DNA of 56,511 bases, counting the filler, from Sluysia triapertura (lineage: Eukaryota), in NCBI GenBank assembly GCA_046118255.1. It is 4 parts of 4 records of this genome, joined end to end, with 100 filler letters (N's around TTAATTAATTAA, not from the genome) between each part and the next. Parts side by side here need not be neighbours in the genome. Positions count along the whole stretch, not along the records: positions 1 to 15,157 come from JBJNIA010236776.1; 3 more parts are not named here. One strand, written 5' to 3'. A program made the position numbers and the translations under genes. Below the pieces are notes generated by a model. The model made no database searches. It was not told where the DNA came from and saw only the letters and a list, made by a program, of their open reading frames with translations. Below are positions 1 to 12,951 of this stretch, one piece after another. Positions within the stretch are counted from its first letter, which is position 1. Every line of letters begins with the position of its first letter.

Positions 1-119
1 ATAGAAAGTGAAATTAAATTCATTATTTTTATGTATGCCAACAGTATTGCTGATTGTTATTTTAATGTAAGAAGTAATTTAAGTAACAATAGATTGAGTA
101 GAGTAAAAGGAAATGATGG

Positions 120-1228
120 TTGATAATAAAGTTTGACAGACCGTACCATGTAGTTGTCAAAGTTGTTGTTTCAGACGTTCATGAATTAGAAACTGAGGCT
201 TTGGTCAACCCTGACATTGTTGCAGTTCCCGACACAGTTATTAGTTGCTATTTTTACATTTCAGTTCTTACTATCATTGTGGCAAGACAAAAGTATTTAC
301 ATCGCTCATGTGAACAGTTATTTGAAATAAGTATTATAATTTTAATTGTATTATCTGAATCGATTGAACAGTCATTTGAAATAAGAATTATAATTTTAAT
401 TGTTTTATCTGAATCGATAATTGAACAGTTATTTGAAATAAGTATTATAATTTTAAATGTATCATCTGAATCGATAATTGAACAGTTAGTTTACATTAGA
501 CAGATGACTTTGAATTTATTCATACGTGATTTTCATAGATGTCACAAGACAATACCATTTTCATTATTAAGTAATACGTTTAAAACGTTGTTCAAGTTAA
601 TGGACAATGATACAAAATGCGCATTTATTAGTATAGATATTGAATGTTTGAAATATGTAATTAATGCTTCACTGCATTACCTTAATGATACACTCAAGTT
701 TTTTAAAGAAAGTATCAATTTGATAAAATTGTCCTTTATAAACAAAATAATGTTATATTTTTGTGTAATGAACTATTAAATCCAATTATCGATTTAAATA
801 GTGGAGTTGATTCTCCAGACACTTTAAGATCCGAGTGTCACATCGATATTGAGATATTGCGGTCAGTCCCTGGCCATCCGTATACTATAGAATTACGTGA
901 CTTGTATGATACTGACATGTGTACGTTTTTAGTTTTTGAATTACGTTCAAAGGTTGGGTTGTTTGAGATACATGATGATTTTATAGACTTTAAAGATTTT
1001 AAAGTATTTTATTTTTATTATGTTTTTTGTGTTTACATCGAATATATTTTTGTTAACTGTTATCACTTTTCAAACGAGTTTAAATTTCAACATCGTTATA
1101 GTTATAAGGACCTTAAGTCCTTTTTCCTTAATATTAAATTTATAATTTTTAATTTAAAAGTTAATAAATATGTATACCGGTCATCACAACCCCGTTATAA
1201 TAAATCATGTATCATAAATCATAAATAG
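120..1228 (+). pseudogene. Patchwork locus A: two overlapping ORFs (120-779, 761-1228) with a 3x ~54-57 nt tandem repeat and a phosphorylase kinase gamma N-lobe fragment (785-970)
   Basis: IIDLNSG..DIEILRSVPGHPYTIELRDLYDTDMCTFLVFELRSKVGLFEI matches PhK-gamma KIID..[42 protein letters not shown] (kinase subdomains II-V only). EQLFEISIIILIVLSESI is repeated at ~312-485. Confidence 0.7.
1106..1122 (+). other. CTTAA-loop hairpin (AAGGAC CTTAA GTCCTT)
   Basis: 6-bp perfect stem; the same loop recurs with different stems at 10234, 14978, 15036, 18677 and 46980. Confidence 0.7.
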
Positions 1229-1517
1229 TATATAAAAGCCATAAGTCATAAAATTTAAACTATATATTATAAATCGCAAATCGTAAATTATAAATTATAC
1301 ATTATATATCATAAGTTATAAATTATAAATCGTATAGTAATTATTTTATAATTCGTTATGGTGTAAACAAAAAAATAATAAGAAATATTAATAATGTTAA
1401 TAAATAGTAAAATTTAAACGTAAAACTCTATTACATAATTAGAGTTATTGTTTACAAATATATTACAATTTGCATAAATAAACTTATCTAACCACAATAA
1501 CTCCTTTTTGACCTTAT

Positions 1518-1994
1518 TTAACGTAGAAAATTGTGCAGCAGGTATCGAGAACACGTATGCCGGATTACACTGCCCCGTAATATCTCTTTCGAATCTATTT
1601 TAGAACTATAATTATAAAACAAAATAAACCTTAAAATTATCAACACTCCTATTGCTATAATTAACATCATTACATGTAATCTTATAACTGCGATTATAAA
1701 ATCGTGTTTGTAGTAAACCGTCATATTCACTTTTGAGTTATTCATAGTAATTATATTTATTATTGAATTTATGAAAATTTTTGATGTATAATAAATTTTA
1801 TTTGACCAGTTACTACAATATTTTGATAATAGATAATTTTTATATTGTATTTTAAAGTACAACGATCTACTACATTCACGCATTTGAATCCAATGATTAA
1901 CATTATGACTTATTTTAGCTATTAAACATTTTCTATCTTCATAAGAAGAATCTTTTATTAATGAAGTTACTTCAATATTAATTATTTGGTTCAT
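1518..1994 (-). CDS. Hypothetical protein with one hydrophobic (possible transmembrane) segment
   Basis: 158-aa ATG-initiated ORF in very AT-rich DNA; VMMLIIAIGVLIILRFILFY segment; no family recognised. Confidence 0.3.
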   Translation of the reverse strand: MNQIINIEVTSLIKDSSYEDRKCLIAKISHNVNHWIQMRECSRSLYFKIQYKNYLLSKYCSNWSNKIYYTSKIFINSIINIITMNNSKVNMTVYYKHDFIIAVIRLHVMMLIIAIGVLIILRFILFYNYSSKIDSKEILRGSVIRHTCSRYLLHNFLR

Positions 1995-2953
1995 ATCTTG
2001 ATAAACAAATATAATTTCAATAAAATAGTGGATTTGTTGTCCATGTTTTAGTTTATAATAATAGTGTAAATACTACGCTATAAACTAAAAAAAACTATTT
2101 TTTTGAGCTGATCTTTTTAAAGTATATCAGAAACAATATATACTCTAAATTATATAGCTATAAACTTTATCTAAATTCCTAGTGTTATTAAATGATTTGT
2201 AAAAATCTTACATTTCTAGCTTCCGTTTAAATAGAACCTCTATAAACTTTGAATCATAATTAAACTCGCTGAGTAACGAAGATTATAAGTTTTAACAGAA
2301 AAATAAATTAAACTTGTTTTAAAAAGCGGAGTACGAATACTATTTATTTAAGCTTGAACCACTAATAAATTAGTAAATGATCTCGCCTTGTTAGACCTCC
2401 AACATATTATTCAATCTTCATAAGCTTTTACAAAAATCCTACGGTCTAGCCATAACATGTACGACTAGATACGCAGGCGAACTCTTACTTAGATCCATTT
2501 ATTCTGTTTCCTTTCAAAAACATATCACATTCATTATAATTTCATACAAATAATTTAAAATTATTCGGTACAGAATATTAAAAAATCAATTAAACATTAT
2601 CGTAAGTATTTAAGAAAAGTAAATAAATCAGTCTGAAAATAATATCATTTCAAAATGTATGTTGCTAGTTTTAATACTTAAATTACTGTAAAGTTGAATA
2701 AAATTATTTTTTTACAAAAATATATTACCTTATTTTGTAAATTATATCTTTAATTGAAATACTGCACAATAAATTTCATAATCTTCAACGTAGCTACTAA
2801 TAAAATTTAAATTAAAAACTTTAAAAATTTCAGCTAAAACAATTAAAATGTTTATAAAAATGTTTCTTTTGTGATATTGTTTTACTAAAGTAATTTTCAT
2901 TTTAAAAACTTGTCTTTCAAAAGTATTTCACAACACACTCAAGTTTATTGATT

Positions 2954-5900
2954 ATGGATAAAGAAGAAATTCAAACGAAAATTAAAGTATTAATTAATTA
3001 ATAATTTGATAAATGATAGCATGCTATTGAGGATAAATTACAGTCGTATGGTGCATATATTGATCAGGAACTACCAGAATATATTTTGGTTATGATAGCT
3101 AATAAAAAAAGCAAAGAATCCATGCATAGTGACCTATTGTTATTTTTAGAATCAAATACAGGTCCCTTTATTGATTGGTTGCATAGTTTTTTGCATAAAA
3201 TTCAGAAAGACGTTGATGGTAATTTATTAAATATGGATAACTTTTCATTAGAAAATCGTCATTCTCGAAAATTATCACCAAAAAATGACAAGAAGAGGAA
3301 GCAGGAGAAAGAAAAACTTAAAGATTATGAAAAAGAAAAGGAATCTGAAAAAGAACTTGATAGACGTGAGAAAGAAAAAGAACGTGAGCGCCAAAAAGAA
3401 AAAACAAAACATGCTAAGATTATGAAAACAATGAAATTAGAAGTAAATTAGTATTTTAGTATTATTTTTTTAGAAAAAAGAAGCAACTATGTCTGGTAAG
3501 ACTAAAAAGGATAGATCAAGATCTCTAAAGAAAAAGTCAAAGAAAGACTCCCCTGCTGATGTAAGTAAATGCATTTTTTAATGATTGAATGTTATGTCAA
3601 TTGTATTTTTGTCTTTAGTCTAAAATGCTTACTACAGAATCAGAATTAGGTGATGTTAAATCTGTAATATCATCTGTTGTAAAAGTTACCGAACGTCCAG
3701 TTATGTCAGTTGGAAAACAAATTCATATGGCTGATCGAGTGTTTCGTGATATTCAAGAATCATCTCAAAATTTGGTAAGTTATGAAGACGTTTGTAATAT
3801 GCAACAAGAATCGCATAGAGTCCAAAATCGACGCAAACGTTCGTCGAGTATCGGAGAATCAAATTTAAAAAGCAATAAGTTGTCTGAATCACGTGCTAGT
3901 GTTTTTTCTCGACTAGGAGCAGAAGACAACCGAAAATCATTAATAAATTCTGATTTTGCTGAAAAGGATATTACACCAGAAAAATTTCCTATCAAAAGAC
4001 GATTAGGTGAAATTTGTGGTCATTCTGTTTCTCCTGATCGACCAAAGTTAGCTAATATCTTCATAAGTAATATTAATTTAGTGAGGCGAAAGTGAGGCGT
4101 TCAAAAAGTCCTAATTTCATTGTTACATTAAAGGGTGGTCGTGAAAAATTGCGACAATCAAATGAGCTTCGATATCGTCTTGGTCCGAAAAAAACAAATA
4201 ATGCTTTTAATCGAGAATCATCATTGGAATCTATTGATTCTAATTCTGAAACCATAGATCGAGATTTGCCAAATGATGAACATGCGTGGAAAATTATACA
4301 CAGAAACATAACAAATGATAATGAAAACGACAATTTAGATAAAATGAATATAGATGCCAAGGAAATTAATAATGTGAATGAATGCGATAATGATGCTTTG
4401 GTTTTACGTAATGATGACAATACTGGTTCTAGTAATGCTGTCAGTCAAAGCACGAAATGTCGTTTTTGGCCTAATTGTAAAAACAAGGAAACATGTCCAT
4501 TTTTCCATCCATCTGAACCTTGCAAAACATTTCCTAATTGTAAATTTGGCCAATTTTGTCTATACATACATCCAAATTGTCGATTTGATGCTATTTGTAC
4601 AAAGCTCGATTGCCCGTTTACACATTATTCTCTTCGTACGTTTAATCCAGCTAAACCAGGTTAGAATACAGATTTTTTCCACTAACGTTTTTAAGTCAGG
4701 GCAAAAGTACTAACTTATTAGATTTTTATTTATCCTAGGTCGGATAAATAGAAAATATTTTAAAATTACTAGTTTGATAAAATTTTTAAAATTCGTATTA
4801 GTGTCACATCATCATTTTTGCAGTTGGAGCGTATAAACTTTAGCTTCGATACTAGATGTTTTTTCTCTAAGGAAAAATAAATTGCTTTATTGGAAAATAT
4901 TTTTTGATATTACATGAAAATCTTGACAACTGTCTTAACACAGAAATTGATAAAAACAAAAAGACGTTGATTTGCTTAATTAGTTTTTGCTATTGATATT
5001 TTATAATATTATTGCATAAATTTCATTTGTACTGTTCGTAATCACTTAAAACGCTTTAAAGTATTGTATTGTACTATTTTATTATTTAAATTGATAAAAG
5101 GAATAACAAATTTATGTCGTGTTTGATTTTTCTATTTTAGTCAGGATAATGATAGCATTTGTCTATAATGTAATGTTACATAAATTTATTTTACATAAAT
5201 ATTTACTAAATTGCTTTGTACATTTATTTTTTATTGAAACATTTTTAATTATATAAATTTTTATAATGCTAAAATTCATCAATACAAATTTATTAATTCG
5301 ATACACTTAATAATACTAATAAATGTTTTAATTATTTAAGTACGAAATTAATATGGATTCAAAAATTAACATGGAAGAAAATGTTAAATGTATTGAAAAA
5401 GCGTAAATATCAATTAAAGAAAACATCAAATATTCGAATATTTATTAATAAAAGTAATGCTAAACTAATTGTTCATTCATTGATAACTAATAATGAATGA
5501 TGGTATGTTGTATTCAATTCCACACAGAAATGTGCAAAATGGCAATTGATGAATAAATCGGCAGGAATTATTTTCCAAGTAATATGACTTCATATAGCAC
5601 CTTATATTAAAGAATTACATTGGTTACATATAAAAGTAAGAATATAATTCAAAATCATGATGACTTATAAGTGCTTACATTGTGATCTCAGAACATCTCA
5701 GAAATAATCAAAAATCGGAAACAAAAATGAATGTCTCTAAGATATAACAATTTATGCACAATCAAGTGATAATAAGTTAGGTGATAGGTTATATACCGTT
5801 TATCAGAGAATGCTAGATGAAATTCTTTGTTTCTGTTCCATTAGATATAAATTAATTTCTTAGTATAGTGAATTGTTTAAATATTTAAATTTTATGTAAA

Positions 5901-6867
5901 ATCAATTTAAATTAATAGCTATAAAAAGGTATAAGATCAGTATTATAATGTTATTAAAAAAGTATAATGTGTAATAGTATTGAAATATTTAATTCATAAA
6001 AGAAAAAGAGACTACAGATAAAAAAAACTAAAGAATGCTCAGGTTACTTGGAGAAAAGGTTATCAAAATTATTCATGCTTTATTTTTATGATTTTATACG
6101 ATTAAGTTTCAGTTTAAGTACATAATTATTGATTAGTTTTGAGAGTTTTAATATTTTGGACTACTTATTAGATTATACTTATGATTTACTTCTTATGATG
6201 AAATTTTACAAATTCTGTTAATAAAATGCAAACTGGGTTAATTTTATTACTTTTATTCCAAAATAGTTGAAATTAATGACTGATAATTATTTCATATTTT
6301 TGACATTTAAATTTCATTTCATTAAGCCTTTTGTGGGGTTAATATTGAAAATGTTTCTAAGACTTAATTATACCACATAATATGTTAGTATTTGATGATT
6401 TTTTTTCAGTTCTTACTCTAATTTCACAACAACAAACGAAGTGCATATTTTATCCAAAATGCACCAATGTTAACTGTAAATTTTATCACCCTACAACACC
6501 ATGCAGATTCGGTAGTGCTTGTTTACATAAAAATACGTGTATCTATAATCATCCTGTATTACCACATCGATCTGAATTTAAATGGGTGGCTAATAAATCC
6601 TCTGTCAATGCTGCGGTAGCTGCTACCAATCCAACGACCACTGTTGCTACTAATACTTCCTTACTCAATAGTAATAATACTAAGCCTTTGGATATTTCTG
6701 AACAAGAAGTTCCTTTCAATATGGATGTTCATATTGATGACGATGAAGAAGTGGAAGAAATGTTAGCTGATGAATCAATTGATAATATAGAAAACGATCA
6801 TCATTCATCATCAGAAATAATGGCAAACTCAGATAAAAGTTCTAAAATCGAAATCCCATCGAATTAA
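2954..6867 (+). CDS. ZC3H14: Zinc finger CCCH domain-containing protein 14 (Nab2-like poly(A)-binding protein); exons 2954-2986, 3020-3442, 3474-3560, 3619-4046, 4082-4659, 6410-6867
   Basis: N-terminal PWI-like KIKHAIEDKLQSYGAYIDQELPEYILVMIANKKS..DLLLFL..WLH; five CCCH fingers (CRFWPNCKNKETCPFFH etc.) followed by FKWV. GT-AG introns of 33, 31, 58, 35 and 1750 nt keep the frame. Confidence 0.93.
5340..5805 (+). mobile_element. Decayed L2/CR1-group non-LTR retrotransposon ORF2 C-terminal fragment inside ZC3H14 intron 5
   Basis: Broken frames read AKLIVHSLIT..HIAPYIKELHWLHIKVRI.FKI..TYKCLH..LGDRLY, typical of the region after RT. Shares gataataag(t/c)taggtgataggtt(a/g)tataccgtttat with the reverse complement of ~11889-11924. 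Confidence 0.75.
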
Positions 6868-7412
6868 GGCGTTTTAAATAAATTTAGATATGAAAAACTA
6901 TTTTTCTTTTAGTAATACAAACACAGATTGTAATATCAACTGAAAATAACATTTTTATGCAATATATACAAAAAAATGAAACTTAATTTAAAAATGTTTT
7001 TTGAAACAATTGTGATTCTATTAATATAACGCAATACTTTTAAAAATCTATCTTTAAATCAATCACTGTTAATTCACTTGATAATACAACGGTGTTAGAT
7101 TTTATTTATTGAACTTAATAATTTAGTTGGGCTGTTTCTCAACTACTGTACATATGTATTTACTTTAACTAGTGTTTGTATTTGTAATCTATGATTTTAA
7201 TATTTACCATATATATTACTTTTACTATATTATATTATTTCACTATTTTTATTATTTTTTCATATTTTATTATCATTTTATTTTATTACTACTTTGTTAT
7301 TATTTTATTAATATTAATTTTATTATTTTATTATTATTTATTATTTTCATTATTATTTCTGTTATTATTTCACTACTGTTTTAAAAATACAAAAATTTAA
7401 AAGTAGAAAATT

Positions 7413-8147
7413 TTGAAATTAAAACCTGATATGTACAAGTTATTTTTCGATTCCTCCCGTGCCATAACTGATGATTCTGAAGATATACAATTTATAGAAA
7501 ACAAAATAGCATATGTGGAGTATAAAATAGAAGAACTTGATAATTTAGAAGAGAAAGAAAATAAAACTACAGAAAGTATGTCGCATGAAGTGAATTCGAA
7601 AATGAAGGAAATTGCAGAAGGATATTTAGGAAGAAATGTCAAGGATCATGTAGTTGCAGTTCCTGCTTATTTTAATTACAGTCAAAAGCAAGCAACTAAA
7701 GATGCAGGAACGACGGCGGGATCAAACGTTTTACGAATAATTAATGATCCACCTGCAGCTGCTATTGTGCATGGTTTAGGTAAAAAGGTTCATATCGAAC
7801 ATAACGTATTAATTTTAGATTTAGGTAATAGAAATTTAGATATGAGTATTTTGACTATCGAAGATGGCGTTTTTGGGGTCAGAACCACCGCAGGTGATGC
7901 GCGTTTAATTATTGGAGATCTTGACAATTGTATGATGAATGATTTTATTCTAGAATTTAAACGTAAGTTTGAAAAAGATAGTAATAATGACACAAGAACT
8001 ACTAAGAGAGTAAGAACACCATCTGAAAGAGTCAAACGTGTTCTGAGTTCGAGTGCTCAGTTCAATATCGAGATTGGTTCAGTGTATGAACAAAAAATAT
8101 ATGACCAATTTTTAAATTTATTTCAAATATTTATAAATTCATGCTAG
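7413..8147 (+). pseudogene. Patchwork locus B, ORF1: degenerate HSP70 nucleotide-binding-domain fragment (~7570-8100) fused to unrelated N- and C-termini
   Basis: [58 protein letters not shown] matches cytosolic HSP70 residues ~126-290. EPTAAA, DLGGGTFD and HLGGEDFDN are all altered. Confidence 0.88.
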
Positions 8148-8159
8148 ACTGATATATTT

Positions 8160-10018
8160 TTGAGCATCGATGTTGCTACGTTTACTATAAGAGATTTGAC
8201 AGAAACAAAAAGTAATTTAAATTTTAACGGATGGGTTCCGAACCTCGAACTTGGAGTTCTGACACATGTCTATCAGGTAGTGAATAATACATTTGAAGAT
8301 TTTAAATTCATTATTATTAAAGAACATTGTATTAAGAAACATAATTGTCGTTTGCTTTATATTTTATCATTTAAAAATTTTATTGATCTTAAAGAACACT
8401 GCATTAAGCAGCGTGATTATTGTTTATTTCGTTCTTTATTGTTCGTTGAACCAAATAGATGTAAAAAATATCATGGTGAAAGATGTCAGCGTTGCCCGGT
8501 TCGTTCTGTTCCAAACGTACTCAGTTACTTAGAGAGATATGATGGTGAGACTTCACCAGTTTCCTGAAAGCGATACAAATACTGTTCTGTCGTGTGGTAT
8601 CGCAACTGGAGCGCTGTGTTACATGTGAGATACTTCGTCATGGAACCTACCGGTATGGTGGAGAGTATCCCGAAAGCAAACGGAACGACAGAACATATTG
8701 TAATTGTAAGCTCATTACTTTAAACAAAATATTCTACCTGACAAAAATGTTTGCGGACGTACTCGAATTTTATATAAATAAAATATTTTTAGCTTGTTAC
8801 TGTATTTTTTGCCCTAAAGACATTATTATAAAGCAATTAGAGTGCCTTAAGCAGGAATGTTGTAATAATAAATTATTAAATCGTAAAGAAAGGATTTCAT
8901 TAAATTTAAAGGATTATATAAGGAAAGACATAAAATCTAAATACGACTCCATAAATGAATCAAAGATAAAACATTTCATAAAGTTAATGATGTCATGTAA
9001 TTCAATTTTACAACATAGCGATGAATCAAAAATCAAGCAATTCATAAAGCTAATGATTTCATTTAATGCAACTTTACAAGATAACGTTGAATCAAAGATG
9101 AAGCAATTAATGATTTCAAGTAACGCAATTCTACAAGATAGTGATGAATTAAAGTTGAAACAATTAGTGATTTCACGTAACGTAATTCTACAAGATAGCG
9201 ATGAATTAAAGATGAAGCCATTCATAAAGTTAATGTACAAAGTAAACACTGGCAATGACGATCACATGGTTCTACGAGCAGTTCCCGTTACAATTCTCGA
9301 CTATCTTGATTTTTCGGAGAACCGTAAGACTTTTAGTAACAATTTAATAAAGATCTCTTTAAACTATATTTTTAGTGATTTATATAATTATTTTTTTGAT
9401 AAGATTATACCAATTCGGATCTCACGGCACGCTACAGTCAAATGCAGAAAATGTGAAGAAGTCGTTATCATAAATAAAATTCAACTGTATAAAATACATT
9501 TTAATGTTTTTTACTTAATTCATTTTGTTCTAGCAAAATTCTTACTTATAAATGATGACTATTTAAAATTTAAAATTAGAGATGTAAATAACATTTATAT
9601 AAAATCTTTTAAGTTAAATAAAGAGTTATATGTTACCAGGTTTACTATTATTAATGATACTGATGATCGAAATATAAATACAACTTTGTTAATGAATTCC
9701 AATAAAATTTACAGTCTAAAGGATATAAAACAAACTACAAAATTCTTACATCTCTTTTCACTACGACGTAAATTAAACTCTTTATGCACATACTTTCATT
9801 CGAAACTAACAATATATTCTCTTATTAATACTAATAAATATTTAACGCCCTCAAACATAAGGCAATCTCAATCATTTCAACGTCACAAAATAACCACATT
9901 ACCAGATTGGTGTCAGAGTTATGACACCATAAGCATGTTACAGAGCACTGTACCAGAGAATGCTCCACCATATAGGATTTTGATTATATATATCCTGAAT
10001 GAGATTTACACAGCATAA
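8160..10018 (+). CDS. Patchwork locus B, downstream ORFs (8160-8567, 8594-10018) with internal tandem repeats; product unknown
   Basis: 474-aa intronless ORF with five 17-20 aa repeats (DESKIKQFIKLMISFNATLQ-like, ~8950-9235); KEHCIK is duplicated in the upstream ORF. Confidence 0.45.
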
Positions 10019-10956
10019 AGCTTTTCATAACAAGTCTTGCGGTATGAACTACTTGTATGCAAATTTACTTTTACAAATCTACTGGAAGCTTATCGTCTAA
10101 ATATACAAGTTGTATTCTTCATCAAAATGATAATAAGAATAATATCAATTTATCAATTTCAGAAACTTTAAAAATTATAATTTATCTAGCTAAAAACTAG
10201 ATAATAAGTTGATGAATTTAAGTATATTTTATATTTCCTTAAGAGAGACAGAACCTTAATACAAATAAACTTACAAAAACTCCTCGTAAATAATTGACAA
10301 TGGCTATAAATCTTTTCATGCAATTCAAATTTTCAGCAATCCTCTTCTTAAAAATCCGATACTAATAGTCCACTTGATTAATTAACAGTTGCCTCAGAAT
10401 AAGACGGCACTAGTCACCAAAATTCAGTCTTTTCCGAATAACAGCAGTGTTGAGATACTCCAATCAATTTAGTTGATAGAACAGGAATCGTAAAAATAAC
10501 CTTGGGAATTTTTCGATAAAATAAAACTTAAAAAATATCGTTATTATTCTGTTGATTGCTCTTCAACTGTCTATTTTTATATTTATCAACATACGTTTTT
10601 ATTTTTATTTTTATTTTATGGTTTATTTAATGTCAAACCATTTGGAAGACATAATTTTTATTAACTAAGTATAATTATTTTATAATTATTTTCTTTATAA
10701 GCTATTAAGTTACTAAAATCCTGTAGACTTTGTGCAAGCCACGGATAATGATTCTATATTTAAAGAAATTAATTAAAGTATAATATATCAAACAAACGTT
10801 TTGTATTGAAGCATCATAACCTATGAAATAAGAAATATAAAAATGTTTTTAATTAATTTCAAAGCTAATAAAAATCCAACGATTCGATCAAAATCTGTTA
10901 TAGTGTCATCTAATTTATGAATCATTTTACTGTAACATGTTATCATTAATAATTAA

Positions 10957-10957
<1 letters not shown>

Positions 10958-11008
<51 letters not shown>
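10958..11008. repeat. (ATT)n microsatellite
   Basis: Directly visible. Confidence 0.95.
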
Positions 11009-11010
<2 letters not shown>

Positions 11011-11656
11011 ATTGAAATTATTTTTAAAGAAATCATTGATAAATATTGACCAAATCATTCACAGAAGTAATGATTGATCGTAATTTAAATAAAACAATAA
11101 ATAAACAACTAAATAAATTAGAATCAATAATTATTTAACTGAAAATAATTTCTAAAAATGTATGTCAAGTAATTTAATAATATAAATATATATATTTTTC
11201 AAAACGGATACTATCCAAAAACATCGAATATTTTAATCAATTTTTTTCAAAATCAACAATTTTTTTACATTTATAATAATAATAATAATCATAATCATAA
11301 TGATAATAATAATAATTTTGTTTACTTTTTCCTTGTCTTTATTTGTTTATTTTGATCATTTAACATAATTCATTTTCTTGTTTATTTATTTTTTAATTTA
11401 TAATTTTTCTTTTATTGTTATTATTTTTTCTACTTAATATAATAACTTTAATTAAAATAATTTTATATTACAATAATAATTATAAGCTGTACAAAAAATT
11501 AATATTACTAAGAATAATAAATATTTTCATTATTTGTGTAAAACCTATTAAGTACCGTCATTTTTTATTATTCATTAGGTTATTGCTATAATTCAAAAGC
11601 ATGACAATGTCAAAAGAAAATTTTTGTTGTTTAGTTATATTCTATTAATTTATGAA

Positions 11657-11659
<3 letters not shown>

Positions 11660-11717
<58 letters not shown>

Positions 11718-12290
11718 TAATTTATATTGTTCTCATATTTACTGCAAAATAAATACTCAAAAGCGCTTAAAATAAATCATTCACTGTAATATTTTTGAAA
11801 CAGAAATAACTTTGCCTTTTTCTTAAATATTTCAGAACATTCCAGTAATTTGACATTCTCTGGTAACTGATGGTATATTTTTGAGACATAAACGGTATAC
11901 AACCTATCACCTAGCTTATTATCATTATGGATTATGTATAGATTATTATTATGTCTCAATGAAATATTCATCTTGGTTTCCAAAATTTTTATTATTTCTA
12001 AAAGATATTCAGAACTTCCATGATTTTGAATTCTATTCTTGCTTTTATTGGCAACCAATGTAATTCCTTAAAATAACGTTTTATATGAGATCTTTAAGAA
12101 TTAGTCTTGTTGCTTGATTAATTATTAATTGTAATTTTTTCACTTTTCTATATGAAATTGAGTACAATAAATCATTTTTGCTAGTTATCAATCAATGAAT
12201 AATAAGTTTAGCTGTTTCTTTATTAACAAATTTTCGAATATGTGATATTTTATTTAACTGATATTTAATTTCATATTTCCTTATAGTAGT
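11660..12290 (-). mobile_element. 5'-truncated L2/CR1-group LINE with ORF2 C-terminus, 3' UTR and (ATT)n tail
   Basis: LGDRLYTVYVSKIYHQLPENVKLLECSEIFKKKAKLFLF fits GDRAFSV..P.LWN.LP..I....S...FKK.LKT.LF. The minus strand ends aagcgcttttgag...atataaattaattt(att)n. Confidence 0.8.
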
Positions 12291-12884
12291 TTGTGTCTTA
12301 CCACCTACAATTAACTTTGTTTCATTTATTTTGGTATTGTCGCTACGAAAGATCATAAATTGAATTGTAATTTAATTTGTATTGTAATTTTCATATTTAG
12401 GTTCGAAATTGTTTGATTAGAAAGAAAATAAACGTGATTTTATACTCTAATCAAGATACAGTGCTTTTAGTGCTTTGAAAAATCTCGTACTTATTATATT
12501 GTTAAAATTCTATTTGAGTTATATTGTTGAATTATAAAAGTTTAAATCACTAATAAAAAATTAATTTAATAATAAAATTTAAATTAAAAATAAATTTAAT
12601 AACTAAAATTAAATTAATAATAAAACTTAAATAATAAAAAATTAATAACGAAAAAGTAATAAAAATAAAAATATCCATGGAACTTATGAAATTAATAATT
12701 CAAAATTAATAATAATAATAAATAAATATAGAAATTGATAAAATTAATAATAATAATACTAATAATAATTATTAATATAGAATTAATAATAAAGTAGTAA
12801 TAATAGTTTATGATGCATTTATTGACAATATAAATATTGTTTAGATGTAGGCCTAAGTTGCAATTGACCATAATAAAATAAAAT

Positions 12885-12951
12885 TGTTAGACGGGGCTGA
12901 TAGCTTTGTGGTCCGAGCATCGAACTGCACAGCTCGGGTTCCAACCTAACA
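12885..12951 (+). repeat. Degenerate tRNA-derived unit bracketed by TGTTAG...CTAACA (copy 3)
   Basis: tgttagacggggctgatagctttgtggtccgagcatcgaactgcacag...ctaaca is homologous to the copies at 38799 and 48184. Confidence 0.75.

Noticed and set aside
312-485. CRISPR-like array
   Set aside because: Contiguous coding tandem repeats without unique spacers, in eukaryotic context with no cas genes.
1106-1122. Histone 3' stem-loop or Helitron 3' hairpin identity for the CTTAA hairpin
   Set aside because: The loop is 5 nt rather than the histone 4-nt TYTN loop, and no CTRR terminus follows 10-15 nt downstream at this copy.
7172-7400. Hydrophobic I/F/Y/L ORFs (also 38034-38252 and 31887-32096)
   Set aside because: Low-complexity T/A-rich tracts with no coding evidence.
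7413-8147. Functional HSP70 gene
   Set aside because: Lacks the N-terminal ~120 aa and the whole substrate-binding domain; catalytic motifs are destroyed and no flanking HSP70 exons were found.
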